Positions 15,669-28,972 of a stretch of 64,000 nucleotides of DNA are shown here, one piece after another. The stretch is from Auanema rhodensis (lineage: Eukaryota; Animalia; Nematoda), in contig OZ059900.1 in NCBI GenBank assembly GCA_964057225.1, positions 6,758,001 through 6,822,000 on the forward strand, given 5' to 3'. Position 1 is the stretch's first letter; every line of letters starts with the position of its first letter. The position numbers and the translations under genes were made by a program. The notes below the pieces were generated by a model. The model had not been told where the DNA came from, ran no database searches, and was given only the letters and a program-made list of their open reading frames with translations.

Positions 15669-18600
15669 ATATAACTTGCTTGTTCCTGAAAGCTGCAGAT
15701 AAGTTTCTGCCATCTTATGATGTAAGTCGTAAGTTGATTGAAAATGAAGATTTCATTAAAACCAATCAGATTTTATGAGGTAAATGAAACATTTTCTTTT
15801 TTCAAGTTAAATATTATAATTTTGGAACTTTCTCCTGATACATTTCGCGCAATTGATAGTGTTACTGCTTTGGTCCAAGTGAATGATGAAGGAATTCTTA
15901 GTTTTGAAAAAGTTGAATTGATCAGTCCAACTAAGAATGCAACACATTATCTTGAATCATCTTGCTTTATTTTTACTTTATTCAGCTTTAATTTCTTTGA
16001 CCAACTTTTAAGCCCTTTAGCAGAATATACTAAGACGGTACATTTTGATTGACTTGTCAAATAAGAGCAGAAGTCAAACATGGTGTCCAATGGGATAGTA
16101 AGATACATTTAGAATCTGTATACCTTAAAATTCTGGAAACAACCTGTTATATGAACTCAACCCTTCATACTCAATTTACTTAACATTTTCAAGGGTATGA
16201 TATGATATCGCATGGTAATTCAAATATTTTTTCACAGGCGGTTTTTGAAAAGCCACCAACAAATGATAGAGACGACAATAGTGTTGCTTTGGCTGTGCAA
16301 CGTGTATTCTACGATCTTCAGGTACATTACATACCATCAAGTGAGCATCAAATATTTTGTTTCAGCACTCAGATCGTCCTGTAGGAACAAAAAAACTGAC
16401 CAAATCTTTCGGATAGGACTTGGTTGATTCTTGGTCCTGTTTTTGGTCAACAACCTGGGGAAAAAGACGTCTTTTTACTGCTCAAAGTTCACAAAGGTAT
16501 GATAACATATCACATTGTCATACTTGTTAGAAGATTTACTATATCAATGATATTTCTTTTCAGCAGCTAAGCTACAGTAATGGCATATCTGAAAGAACTT
16601 TCGAACAAACTCTAAATGAAGATATAACTTGCTTGTTCCTGGAAGCTGCAGATGAGTTTCTGCCATCTTATGATGTAAGTGGTAGGTTGATTGAAAATGA
16701 AGATTTCATTAAAACCAATCAGATTTTATGAGGTAAATGAAACATTTTCTTTTTTCAAGTTAAATATTATAATTTTGGAACTTTCTCCTGATACATTTCG
16801 CGCAATTGATAGTGTTACTGCTTTGGTCCAAGTGAATGATGAAGGAATTCTTAGTTTTGAAAAAGTTGAATTGATCAGTCCAACTAAGAATGCAACACAT
16901 TATCTTGAATCATCTTGCTTTATTTTTACTTTATTCAGCTTTAATTTCTTTGACCAACTTTTAAGCCCTTTAGCAGAATATACTAAGACGGTACATTTTG
17001 ATTGACTTGTCAAATAAGAGCAGAAGTCAAACATGGTGTCCAATGGGATAGTAAGATACATTTAGAATCTGTATACCTTAAAATTCTGGAAACAACCTGT
17101 TATATGAACTCAACCCTTCATACTCAATTTACTTAACATTTTCAAGGGTATGATATGATATCGCATGGTAATTCAAATATTTTTTCACAGGCGGTTTTTG
17201 AAAAGCCACCAACAAATGATAGAGACGACAATAGTGTTGCTTTGGCTGTGCAACGTGTATTCTACGATCTTCAGGTACATTACATACCATCAAGTGAGCA
17301 TCAAATATTTTGTTTCAGCACTCAGATCGTCCTGTAGGAACAAAAAAACTGACCAAATCTTTCGGATAGGACTTGGTTGATTCTTGGTCCTGTTTTTGGT
17401 CAACAACCTGGGGAAAAAGACGTCTTTTTACTGCTCAAAGTTCACAAAGGTATGATAACATATCACATTGTCATACTTGTTAGAAGATTTACTATATCAA
17501 TGATATTTCTTTTCAGCAGCTAAGCTACAGTAATGGCATATCTGAAAGAACTTTCGAACAAACTCTAAATGAAGATATAACTTGCTTGTTCCTGGAAGCT
17601 GCAGATGAGTTTCTGCCATCTTATGATGTAAGTGGTAAGTTGATTGAAAATGAAGATTTCATTAAAACCAATCAGATTTTATGAGGTAAATGAAACATTT
17701 TCTTTTTTCAAGTTAAATATTATAATTTTGGAACTTTCTCCTGATACATTTCGCGCAATTGATAGTGTTACTGCTTTGGTCCAAGTGAATGATGAAGGAA
17801 TTCTTAGTTTTGAAAAAGTTGAATTGATCAGTCCAACTAAGAATGCAACACATTATCTTGAATCATCTTGCTTTATTTTTACTTTATTCAGCTTTAATTT
17901 CTTTGACCAACTTTTAAGCCCTTTAGCAGAATATACTAAGACGGTACATTTTGATTGACTTGTCAAATAACAGCAGAAGTCAAACATGGTGTCCAATGGG
18001 ATAGTAAGATACATTTAGAATCTGTATACCTTAAAATTCTGGAAACAACCTGTTATATGAACTCAACCCTTCATACTCAATTCACTTAACATTTTCAAGG
18101 GTATGATATGATATCGCATGGTAATTCAAATATTTTTTCACAGGCGGTTTTTGAAAAGCAACCAACAAATGATAGAGACGACAATAGTGTTGCTTTGGCT
18201 GTGCAACGTGTATTCTACGATCTTCAGGTACATTACATACCATCAAGTGAGCATCAAATATTTTGTTTCAGCACTCAGATCGTCCTGTAGGAACAAAAAA
18301 ACTGACCAAATCTTTCGGATAGGACTTGGTTGATTCTTGGTCCTGTTTTTGGTTAACAACCTGGGGAAAAAGACGTCTTTTTACTGCTCAAAGTTCACAA
18401 AGGTATGATAACATATCACATTGTCATACTTGTTAGAAGATTTACTATATCAATGATATTTCTTTTCAGCAGCTAAGCTACAGTAATGGCATATCTGAAA
18501 GAACTTTCGAACAAACTCTAAATGAAGATATAACTTGCTTGTTCCTGGAAGCTGCAGATGAGTTTCTGCCATCTTATGATGTAAGTGGTAAGTTGATTGA

Positions 18601-21600
18601 AAATGAAGATTTCATTAAAACCAATCAGATTTTATGAGGTAAATGAAACATTTTCTTTTTTCAAGTTAAATATTATAATTTTGGAACTTTCTCCTGATAC
18701 ATTTCGCGCAATTGATAGTGTTACTGCTTTGGTCCAAGTGAATGATGAAGGAATTCTTAGTTTTGAAAAAGTTGAATTGATCAGTCCAACTAAGAATGCA
18801 ACACATTATCTTGAATCATCTTGCTTTATTTTTACTTTATTCAGCTTTAATTTCTTTGACCAACTTTTAAGCCCTTTAGCAGAATATACTAAGACGGTAC
18901 ATTTTGATTGACTTGTCAAATAAGAGCAGAAGTCAAACATGGTGTCCAATGGGATAGTAAGATACATTTAGAATCTGTATACCTTAAAATTCTGGAAACA
19001 ACCTGTTATATGAACTCAACCCTTCATACTCAATTTACTTAACATTTTCAAGGGTATGATATGATATCGCATGGTAATTCAAATATTTTTTCACAGGCGG
19101 TTTTTGAAAAGCAACCAACAAATGATAGAGACGACAATAGTGTTGCTTTGGCTGTGCAACGTGTATTCTACGATCTTCAGGTACATTACATACCATCAAG
19201 TGAGCATCAAATATTTTGTTTCAGCACTCAGATCGTCCTGTAGGAACAAAAAAACTGACCAAATCTTTCGGATAGGACTTGGTTGATTCTTGGTCCTGTT
19301 TTTGGTCAACAACCTGGGGAAAAAGACGTCTTTTTACTGCTCAAAGTTCACAAAGGTATGATAACATATCACATTGTCATACTTGTTAGAAGATTTACTA
19401 TATCAATGATATTTCTTTTCAGCAGCTAAGCTACAGTAATGGCATATCTGAAAGAACTTTCGAACAAACTCTAAATGAAGATATAACTTGCTTGTTCCTG
19501 GAAGCTGCAGATGAGTTTCTGCCATCTTATGATGTAAGTGGTAAGTTGATTGAAAATGAAGATTTCATTAAAACCAATCAGATTTTATGAGGTAAATGAA
19601 ACATTTTCTTTTTTCAAGTTAAATATTATAATTTTGGAACTTTCTCCTGATACATTTCGCGCAATTGATAGTGTTACTGCTTTGGTCCAAGTGAATGATG
19701 AAGGAATTCTTAGTTTTGAAAAAGTTGAATTGATCAGTCCAACTAAGAATGCAACACATTATCTTGAATCATCTTGCTTTATTTTTACTTTATTCAGCTT
19801 TAATTTCTTTGACCAACTTTTAAGCCCTTTAGCAGAATATACTAAGACGGTACATTTTGATTGACTTGTCAAATAACAGCAGAAGTCAAACATGGTGTCC
19901 AATGGGATAGTAAGATACATTTAGAATCTGTATACCTTAAAATTCTGGAAACAACCTGTTATATGAACTCAACCCTTCATACTCAATTTACTTAACATTT
20001 TCAAGGGTATGATATGATATCGCATGGTAATTCAAATATTTTTTCACAGGCGGTTTTTGAAAAGCCACCAACAAATGATAGAGACGACAATAGTGTTGCT
20101 TTGGCTGTGCAACGTGTATTCTACGATCTTCAGGTACATTACATACCATCAAGTGAGCATCAAATATTTTGTTTCAGCACTCAGATCGTCCTGTAGGAAC
20201 AAAAAAACTGACCAAATCTTTCGGATAGGACTTGGTTGATTCTTGGTCCTGTTTTTGGTCAACAACCTGGGGAAAAAGACGTCTTTTTACTGCTCAAAGT
20301 TCACAAAGGTATGATAACATATCACATTGTCATACTTGTTAGAAGATTTACTATATCAATGATATTTCTTTTCAGCAGCTAAGCTACAGTAATGGCATAT
20401 CTGAAAGAACTTTCGAACAAACTCTAAATGAAGATATAACTTGCTTGTTCCTGGAAGCTGCAGATGAGTTTCTGCCATCTTATGATGTAAGTGGTAAGTT
20501 GATTGAAAATGAAGATTTCATTAAAACCAATCAGATTTTATGAGGTAAATGAAACATTTTCTTTTTTCAAGTTAAATATTATAATTTTGGAACTTTCTCC
20601 TGATACATTTCGCGCAATTGATAGTGTTACTGCTTTGGTCCAAGTGAATGATGAAGGAATTCTTAGTTTTGAAAAAGTTGAATTGATCAGTCCAACTAAG
20701 AATGCAACACATTATCTTGAATCATCTTGCTTTATTTTTACTTTATTCAGCTTTAATTTCTTTGACCAACTTTTAAGCCCTTTAGCAGAATATACTAAGA
20801 CGGTACATTTTGATTGACTTGTCAAATAAGAGCAGAAGTCAAACATGGTGTCCAATGGGATAGTAAGATACATTTAGAATCTGTATACCTTAAAATTCTG
20901 GAAACAACCTGTTATATGAACTCAACCCTTCATACTCAATTTACTTAACATTTTCAAGGGTATGATATGATATCGCATGGTAATTCAAATATTTTTTCAC
21001 AGGCGGTTTTTGAAAAGCCACCAACAAATGATAGAGACGACAATAGTGTTGCTTTGGCTGTGCAACGTGTATTCTACGATCTTCAGGTACATTACATACC
21101 ATCAAGTGAGCATCAAATATTTTGTTTCAGCACTCAGATCGTCCTGTAGGAACAAAAAAACTGACCAAATCTTTCGGATAGGACTTGGTTGATTCTTGGT
21201 CCTGTTTTTGGTCAACAACCTGGGGAAAAAGACGTCTTTTTACTGCTCAAAGTTCACAAAGGTATGATAACATATCACATTGTCATACTTGTTAGAAGAT
21301 TTACTATATCAATGATATTTCTTTTCAGCAGCTAAGCTACAGTAATGGCATATCTGAAAGAACTTTCGAACAAACTCTAAATGAAGATATAACTTGCTTG
21401 TTCCTGGAAGCTGCAGATGAGTTTCTGCCATCTTATGATGTGAGTGGTAAGTTGATTGAAAATGAAGATTTCATTAAAACCAATCAGATTTTATGAGGTA
21501 AATGAAACATTTTCTTTTTTCAAGTTAAATATTATAATTTTGGAACTTTCTCCTGATACATTTCGCGCAATTGATAGTGTTACTGCTTTGGTCCAAGTGA

Positions 21601-24600
21601 ATGATGAAGGAATTCTTAGTTTTGAAAAAGTTGAATTGATCAGTCCAACTAAGAATGCAACACATTATCTTGAATCATCTTGCTTTATTTTTACTTTATT
21701 CAGCTTTAATTTCTTTGACCAACTTTTAAGCCCTTTAGCAGAATATACTAAGACGGTACATTTTGATTGACTTGTCAAATAAGAGCAGAAGTCAAACATG
21801 GTGTCCAATGGGATAGTAAGATACATTTAGAATCTGTATACCTTAAAATTCTGGAAACAACCTGTTATATGAACTCAACCCTTCATACTCAATTTACTTA
21901 ACATTTTCAAGGGTATGATATGATATCGCATGGTAATTCAAATATTTTTTCACAGGCGGTTTTTGAAAAGCAACCAACAAATGATAGAGACGACAATAGT
22001 GTTGCTTTGGCTGTGCAACGTGTATTCTACGATCTTCAGGTACATTACATACCATCAAGTGAGCATCAAATATTTTGTTTCAGCACTCAGATCGTCCTGT
22101 AAGAACAAAAAAACTGACCAAATCTTTCGGATAGGACTTGGTTGATTCTTGGTCCTGTTTTTGGTCAACAACCTGGGGAAAAAGACGTCTTTTTACTGCT
22201 CAAAGTTCACAAAGGTATGATAACATATCACATTGTCATACTTGTTAGAAGATTTACTATATCAATGATATTTCTTTTCAGCAGCTAAGCTACAGTAATG
22301 GCATATCTGAAAGAACTTTCGAACAAACTCTAAATGAAGATATAACTTGCTTGTTCCTGGAAGCTGCAGATGAGTTTCTGCCATCTTATGATGTAAGTGG
22401 TAAGTTGATTGAAAATGAAGATTTCATTAAAACCAATCAGATTTTATGAGGTAAATGAAACATTTTCTTTTTTCAAGTTAAATATTATAATTTTGGAACT
22501 TTCTCCTGATACATTTCGCGCAATTGATAGTGTTACTGCTTTGGTCCAAGTGAATGATGAAGGAATTCTTAGTTTTGAAAAAGTTGAATTGATCAGTCCA
22601 ACTAAGAATGCAACACATTATCTTGAATCATCTTGCTTTATTTTTACTTTATTCAGCTTTAATTTCTTTGACCAACTTTTAAGCCCTTTAGCAGAATATA
22701 CTAAGACGGTACATTTTGATTGACTTGTCAAATAACAGCAGAAGTCAAACATGGTGTCCAATGGGATAGTAAGATACATTTAGAATCTGTATACCTTAAA
22801 ATTCTGGAAACAACCTGTTATATGAACTCAACCCTTCATACTCAATTTACTTAACATTTTCAAGGGTATGATATGATATCGCATGGTAATTCAAATATTT
22901 TTTCACAGGCGGGTTTTGAAAAGCAACCAACAAATGATAGAGACGACAATAGTGTTGCTTTGGCTGTGCAACGTGTATTCTACGATCTTCAGGTACATTA
23001 CATACCATCAAGTGAGCATCAAATATTTTGTTTCAGCACTCAGATCGTCCTGTAGGAACAAAAAAACTGACCAAATCTTTCGGATAGGACTTGGTTGATT
23101 CTTGGTCCTGTTTTTGGTTAACAACCTGGGGAAAAAGACGTCTTTTTACTGCTCAAAGTTCACAAAGGTATGATAACATATCACATTGTCATACTTGTTA
23201 GAAGATTTACTATATCAATGATATTTCTTTTCAGCAGCTAAGCTACAGTAATGGCATATCTGAAAGAACTTTCGAACAAACTCTAAATGAAGATATAACT
23301 TGCTTGTTCCTGGAAGCTGCAGATGAGTTTCTGCCATCTTATGATGTAAGTGGTAAGTTGATTGAAAATGAAGATTTCATTAAAACCAATCAGATTTTAT
23401 GAGGTAAATGAAACATTTTCTTTTTTCAAGTTAAATATTATAATTTTGGAACTTTCTCCTGATACATTTCGCGCAATTGATAGTGTTACTGCTTTGGTCC
23501 AAGTGAATGATGAAGGAATTCTTAGTTTTGAAAAAGTTGAATTGATCAGTCCAACTAAGAATGCAACACATTATCTTGAATCATCTTGCTTTATTTTTAC
23601 TTTATTCAGCTTTAATTTCTTTGACCAACTTTTAAGCCCTTTAGCAGAATATACTAAGACGGTACATTTTGATTGACTTGTCAAATAAGAGCAGAAGTCA
23701 AACATGGTGTCCAATGGGATAGTAAGATACATTTAGAATCTGTATACCTTAAAATTCTGGAAACAACCTGTTATATGAACTCAACCCTTCATACTCAATT
23801 TACTTAACATTTTCAAGGGTATGATATGATATCGCATGGTAATTCAAATATTTTTTCACAGGCGGTTTTTGAAAAGCAACCAACAAATGATAGAGACGAC
23901 AATAGTGTTGCTTTGGCTGTGCAACGTGTATTCTACGATCTTCAGGTACATTACATACCATCAAGTGAGCATCAAATATTTTGTTTCAGCACTCAGATCG
24001 TCCTGTAGGAACAAAAAAACTGACCAAATCTTTCGGATAGGACTTGGTTGATTCTTGGTCCTGTTTTTGGTCAACAACCTGGGGAAAAAGACGTCTTTTT
24101 ACTGCTCAAAGTTCACAAAGGTATGATAACATATCACATTGTCATACTTGTTAGAAGATTTACTATATCAATGATATTTCTTTTCAGCAGCTAAGCTACA
24201 GTAATGGCATATCTGAAAGAACTTTCGAACAAACTCTAAATGAAGATATAACTTGCTTGTTCCTGGAAGCTGCAGATGAGTTTCTGCCATCTTATGATGT
24301 AAGTGGTAAGTTGATTGAAAATGAAGATTTCATTAAAACCAATCAGATTTTATGAGGTAAATGAAACATTTTCTTTTTTCAAGTTAAATATTATAATTTT
24401 GGAACTTTCTCCTGATACATTTCGCGCAATTGATAGTGTTACTGCTTTGGTCCAAGTGAATGATGAAGGAATTCTTAGTTTTGAAAAAGTTGAATTGATC
24501 AGTCCAACTAAGAATGCAACACATTATCTTGAATCATCTTGCTTTATTTTTACTTTATTCAGCTTTAATTTCTTTGACCAACTTTTAAGCCCTTTAGCAG

Positions 24601-27600
24601 AATATACTAAGACGGTACATTTTGATTGACTTGTCAAATAAGAGCAGAAGTCAAACATGGTGTCCAATGGGATAGTAAGATACATTTAGAATCTGTATAC
24701 CTTAAAATTCTGGAAACAACCTGTTATATGAACTCAACCCTTCATACTCAATTTACTTAACATTTTCAAGGGTATGATATGATATCGCATGGTAATTCAA
24801 ATATTTTTTCACAGGCGGTTTTTGAAAAGCAACCAACAAATGATAGAGACGACAATAGTGTTGCTTTGGCTGTGCAACGTGTATTCTACGATCTTCAGGT
24901 ACATTACATACCATCAAGTGAGCATCAAATATTTTGTTTCAGCACTCAGATCGTCCTGTAGGAACAAAAAAACTGACCAAATCTTTCGGATAGGACTTGG
25001 TTGATTCTTGGTCCTGTTTTTGGTCAACAACCTGGGGAAAAAGACGTCTTTTTACTGCTCAAAGTTCACAAAGGTATGATAACATATCACATTGTCATAC
25101 TTGTTAGAAGATTTACTATATCAATGATATTTCTTTTCAGCAGCTAAGCTACAGTAATGGCATATCTGAAAGAACTTTCGAACAAACTCTAAATGAAGAT
25201 ATAACTTGCTTGTTCCTGGAAGCTGCAGATGAGTTTCTGCCATCTTATGATGTAAGTGGTAAGTTGATTGAAAATGAAGATTTCATTAAAACCAATCAGA
25301 TTTTATGAGGTAAATGAAACATTTTCTTTTTTCAAGTTAAATATTATAATTTTGGAACTTTCTCCTGATACATTTCGCGCAATTGATAGTGTTACTGCTT
25401 TGGTCCAAGTGAATGATGAAGGAATTCTTAGTTTTGAAAAAGTTGAATTGATCAGTCCAACTAAGAATGCAACACATTATCTTGAATCATCTTGCTTTAT
25501 TTTTACTTTATTCAGCTTTAATTTCTTTGACCAACTTTTAAGCCCTTTAGCAGAATATACTAAGACGGTACATTTTGATTGACTTGTCAAATAAGAGCAG
25601 AAGTCAAACATGGTGTCCAATGGGATAGTAAGATACATTTAGAATCTGTATACCTTAAAATTCTGGAAACAACCTGTTATATGAACTCAACCCTTCATAC
25701 TCAATTTACTTAACATTTTCAAGGGTATGATATGATATCGCATGGTAATTCAAATATTTTTTCACAGGCGGTTTTTGAAAAGCCACCAACAAATGATAGA
25801 GACGACAATAGTGTTGCTTTGGCTGTGCAACGTGTATTCTACGATCTTCAGGTACATTACATACCATCAAGTGAGCATCAAATATTTTGTTTCAGCACTC
25901 AGATCGTCCTGTAGGAACAAAAAAACTGACCAAATCTTTCGGATAGGACTTGGTTGATTCTTGGTCCTGTTTTTGGTCAACAACCTGGGGAAAAAGACGT
26001 CTTTTTACTGCTCAAAGTTCACAAAGGTATGATAACATATCACATTGTCATACTTGTTAGAAGATTTACTATATCAATGATATTTCTTTTCAGCAGCTAA
26101 GCTACAGTAATGGCATATCTGAAAGAACTTTCGAACAAACTCTAAATGAAGATATAACTTGCTTGTTCCTGGAAGCTGCAGATGAGTTTCTGCCATCTTA
26201 TGATGTGAGTGGTAAGTTGATTGAAAATGAAGATTTCATTAAAACCAATCAGATTTTATGAGGTAAATGAAACATTTTCTTTTTTCAAGTTAAATATTAT
26301 AATTTTGGAACTTTCTCCTGATACATTTCGCGCAATTGATAGTGTTACTGCTTTGGTCCAAGTGAATGATGAAGGAATTCTTAGTTTTGAAAAAGTTGAA
26401 TTGATCAGTCCAACTAAGAATGCAACACATTATCTTGAATCATCTTGCTTTATTTTTACTTTATTCAGCTTTAATTTCTTTGACCAACTTTTAAGCCCTT
26501 TAGCAGAATATACTAAGACGGTACATTTTGATTGACTTGTCAAATAAGAGCAGAAGTCAAACATGGTGTCCAATGGGATAGTAAGATACATTTAGAATCT
26601 GTATACCTTAAAATTCTGGAAACAACCTGTTATATGAACTCAACCCTTCATACTCAATTTACTTAACATTTTCAAGGGTATGATATGATATCGCATGGTA
26701 ATTCAAATATTTTTTCACAGGCGGTTTTTGAAAAGCAACCAACAAATGATAGAGACGACAATAGTGTTGCTTTGGCTGTGCAACGTGTATTCTACGATCT
26801 TCAGGTACATTACATACCATCAAGTGAGCATCAAATATTTTGTTTCAGCACTCAGATCGTCCTGTAGGAACAAAAAAACTGACCAAATCTTTCGGATAGG
26901 ACTTGGTTGATTCTTGGTCCTGTTTTTGGTCAACAACCTGGGGAAAAAGACGTCTTTTTACTGCTCAAAGTTCACAAAGGTATGATAACATATCACATTG
27001 TCATACTTGTTAGAAGATTTACTATATCAATGATATTTCTTTTCAGCAGCTAAGCTACAGTAATGGCATATCTGAAAGAACTTTCGAACAAACTCTAAAT
27101 GAAGATATAACTTGCTTGTTCCTGGAAGCTGCAGATGAGTTTCTGCCATCTTATGATGTAAGTGGTAAGTTGATTGAAAATGAAGATTTCATTAAAACCA
27201 ATCAGATTTTATGAGGTAAATGAAACATTTTCTTTTTTCAAGTTAAATATTATAATTTTGGAACTTTCTCCTGATACATTTCGCGCAATTGATAGTGTTA
27301 CTGCTTTGGTCCAAGTGAATGATGAAGGAATTCTTAGTTTTGAAAAAGTTGAATTGATCAGTCCAACTAAGAATGCAACACATTATCTTGAATCATCTTG
27401 CTTTATTTTTACTTTATTCAGCTTTAATTTCTTTGACCAACTTTTAAGCCCTTTAGCAGAATATACTAAGACGGTACATTTTGATTGACTTGTCAAATAA
27501 CAGCAGAAGTCAAACATGGTGTCCAATGGGATAGTAAGATACATTTAGAATCTGTATACCTTAAAATTCTGGAAACAACCTGTTATATGAACTCAACCCT

Positions 27601-28972
27601 TCATACTCAATTTACTTAACATTTTCAAGGGTATGATATGATATCGCATGGTAATTCAAATATTTTTTCACAGGCGGTTTTTGAAAAGCAACCAACAAAT
27701 GATAGAGACGACAATAGTGTTGCTTTGGCTGTGCAACGTGTATTCTACGATCTTCAGGTACATTACATACCATCAAGTGAGCATCAAATATTTTGTTTCA
27801 GCACTCAGATCGTCCTGTAGGAACAAAAAAACTGACCAAATCTTTCGGATAGGACTTGGTTGATTCTTGGTCCTGTTTTTGGTCAACAACCTGGGGAAAA
27901 AGACGTCTTTTTACTGCTCAAAGTTCACAAAGGTATGATAACATATCACATTGTCATACTTGTTAGAAGATTTACTATATCAATGATATTTCTTTTCAGC
28001 AGCTAAGCTACAGTAATGGCATATCTGAAAGAACTTTCGAACAAACTCTAAATGAAGATATAACTTGCTTGTTCCTGGAAGCTGCAGATAAGTTTCTGCC
28101 ATCTTATGATGTAAGTCTTAAGTTGATTGAAAATGAAGATTTCATTCAAACCAATCAGATTCTATGAGGTAAATGAAACATTTTCTTTTTTCAAGTTAAA
28201 TATTATAATTTTGGAACTTTCTCCTGATACATTTCGCGCAATTGATAGTGTTACTGCTTTGGTCCGAGTGAATGATGAAGGAATTCTTAGTTTTGAAAAA
28301 GTTGAATTGATCAGTCCAACTAAGAATGCAACACATTATCTTGAATCATCTTGCTTTATTTTTACTTTATTCAGCTTTAATTTCTTTGACCAACTTTTAA
28401 GCCCTTTAGCAGAATATACTAAGACGGTACATTTTGATTGACTTGTCAAATAACAGCAGAAGTCAAACATGGTGTCCAATGGGATAGTAAGATACATTTA
28501 GAATCTGTATACCTTAAAATTCTGGAAACAACCTGTTATATGAACTCAACCCTTCATACTCAATTTACTTAACATTTTCAAGGGTATGATATGATATCGC
28601 ATGGTAATTCAAATATTTTTTCACAGGCGGTTTTTGAAAAGCAACCAACAAATGATAGAGACGACAATAGTGTTGCTTTGGCTGTGCAACGTGTATTCTA
28701 CGATCTTCAGGTACATTACATACCATCAAGTGAGCATCAAATATTTTGTTTCAGCACTCAGATCGTCCTGTAGGAACAAAAAAACTGACCAAATCTTTCG
28801 GATAGGACTTGGTTGATTCTTGGTCCTGTTTTTGGTCAACAACCTGGGGAAAAAGACGTCTTTTTACTGCTCAAAGTTCACAAAGGTATGATAACATATC
28901 ACATTGTCATACTTGTTAGAAGATTTACTATATCAATGATATTTCTTTTCAGCAGCTAAGCTGCAGTAATGG
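15669..28972 (+). repeat. Tandem array A: ~14 copies of a 953-bp monomer made of scrambled USP7 fragments
   Basis: Near-identical ORFs recur every 953 bp (15738, 16691 ... 28127), and copies differ by only a few SNPs. The monomer maps to USP7 segments ~9999-10090, 10248-10466, 8018-8484, 8849-8890, 8222-8272 and 9897-9998, in that order, including intron sequence. Confidence 0.97.

Noticed and set aside
16100-16185. Active deubiquitinase encoded by array A (TCYMNS retained)
   Set aside because: Cys-box residues G-L-K-N-Q-G are mutated, there is an upstream frameshift and an in-frame TAA shortly after, and the His box is absent from all arrays.
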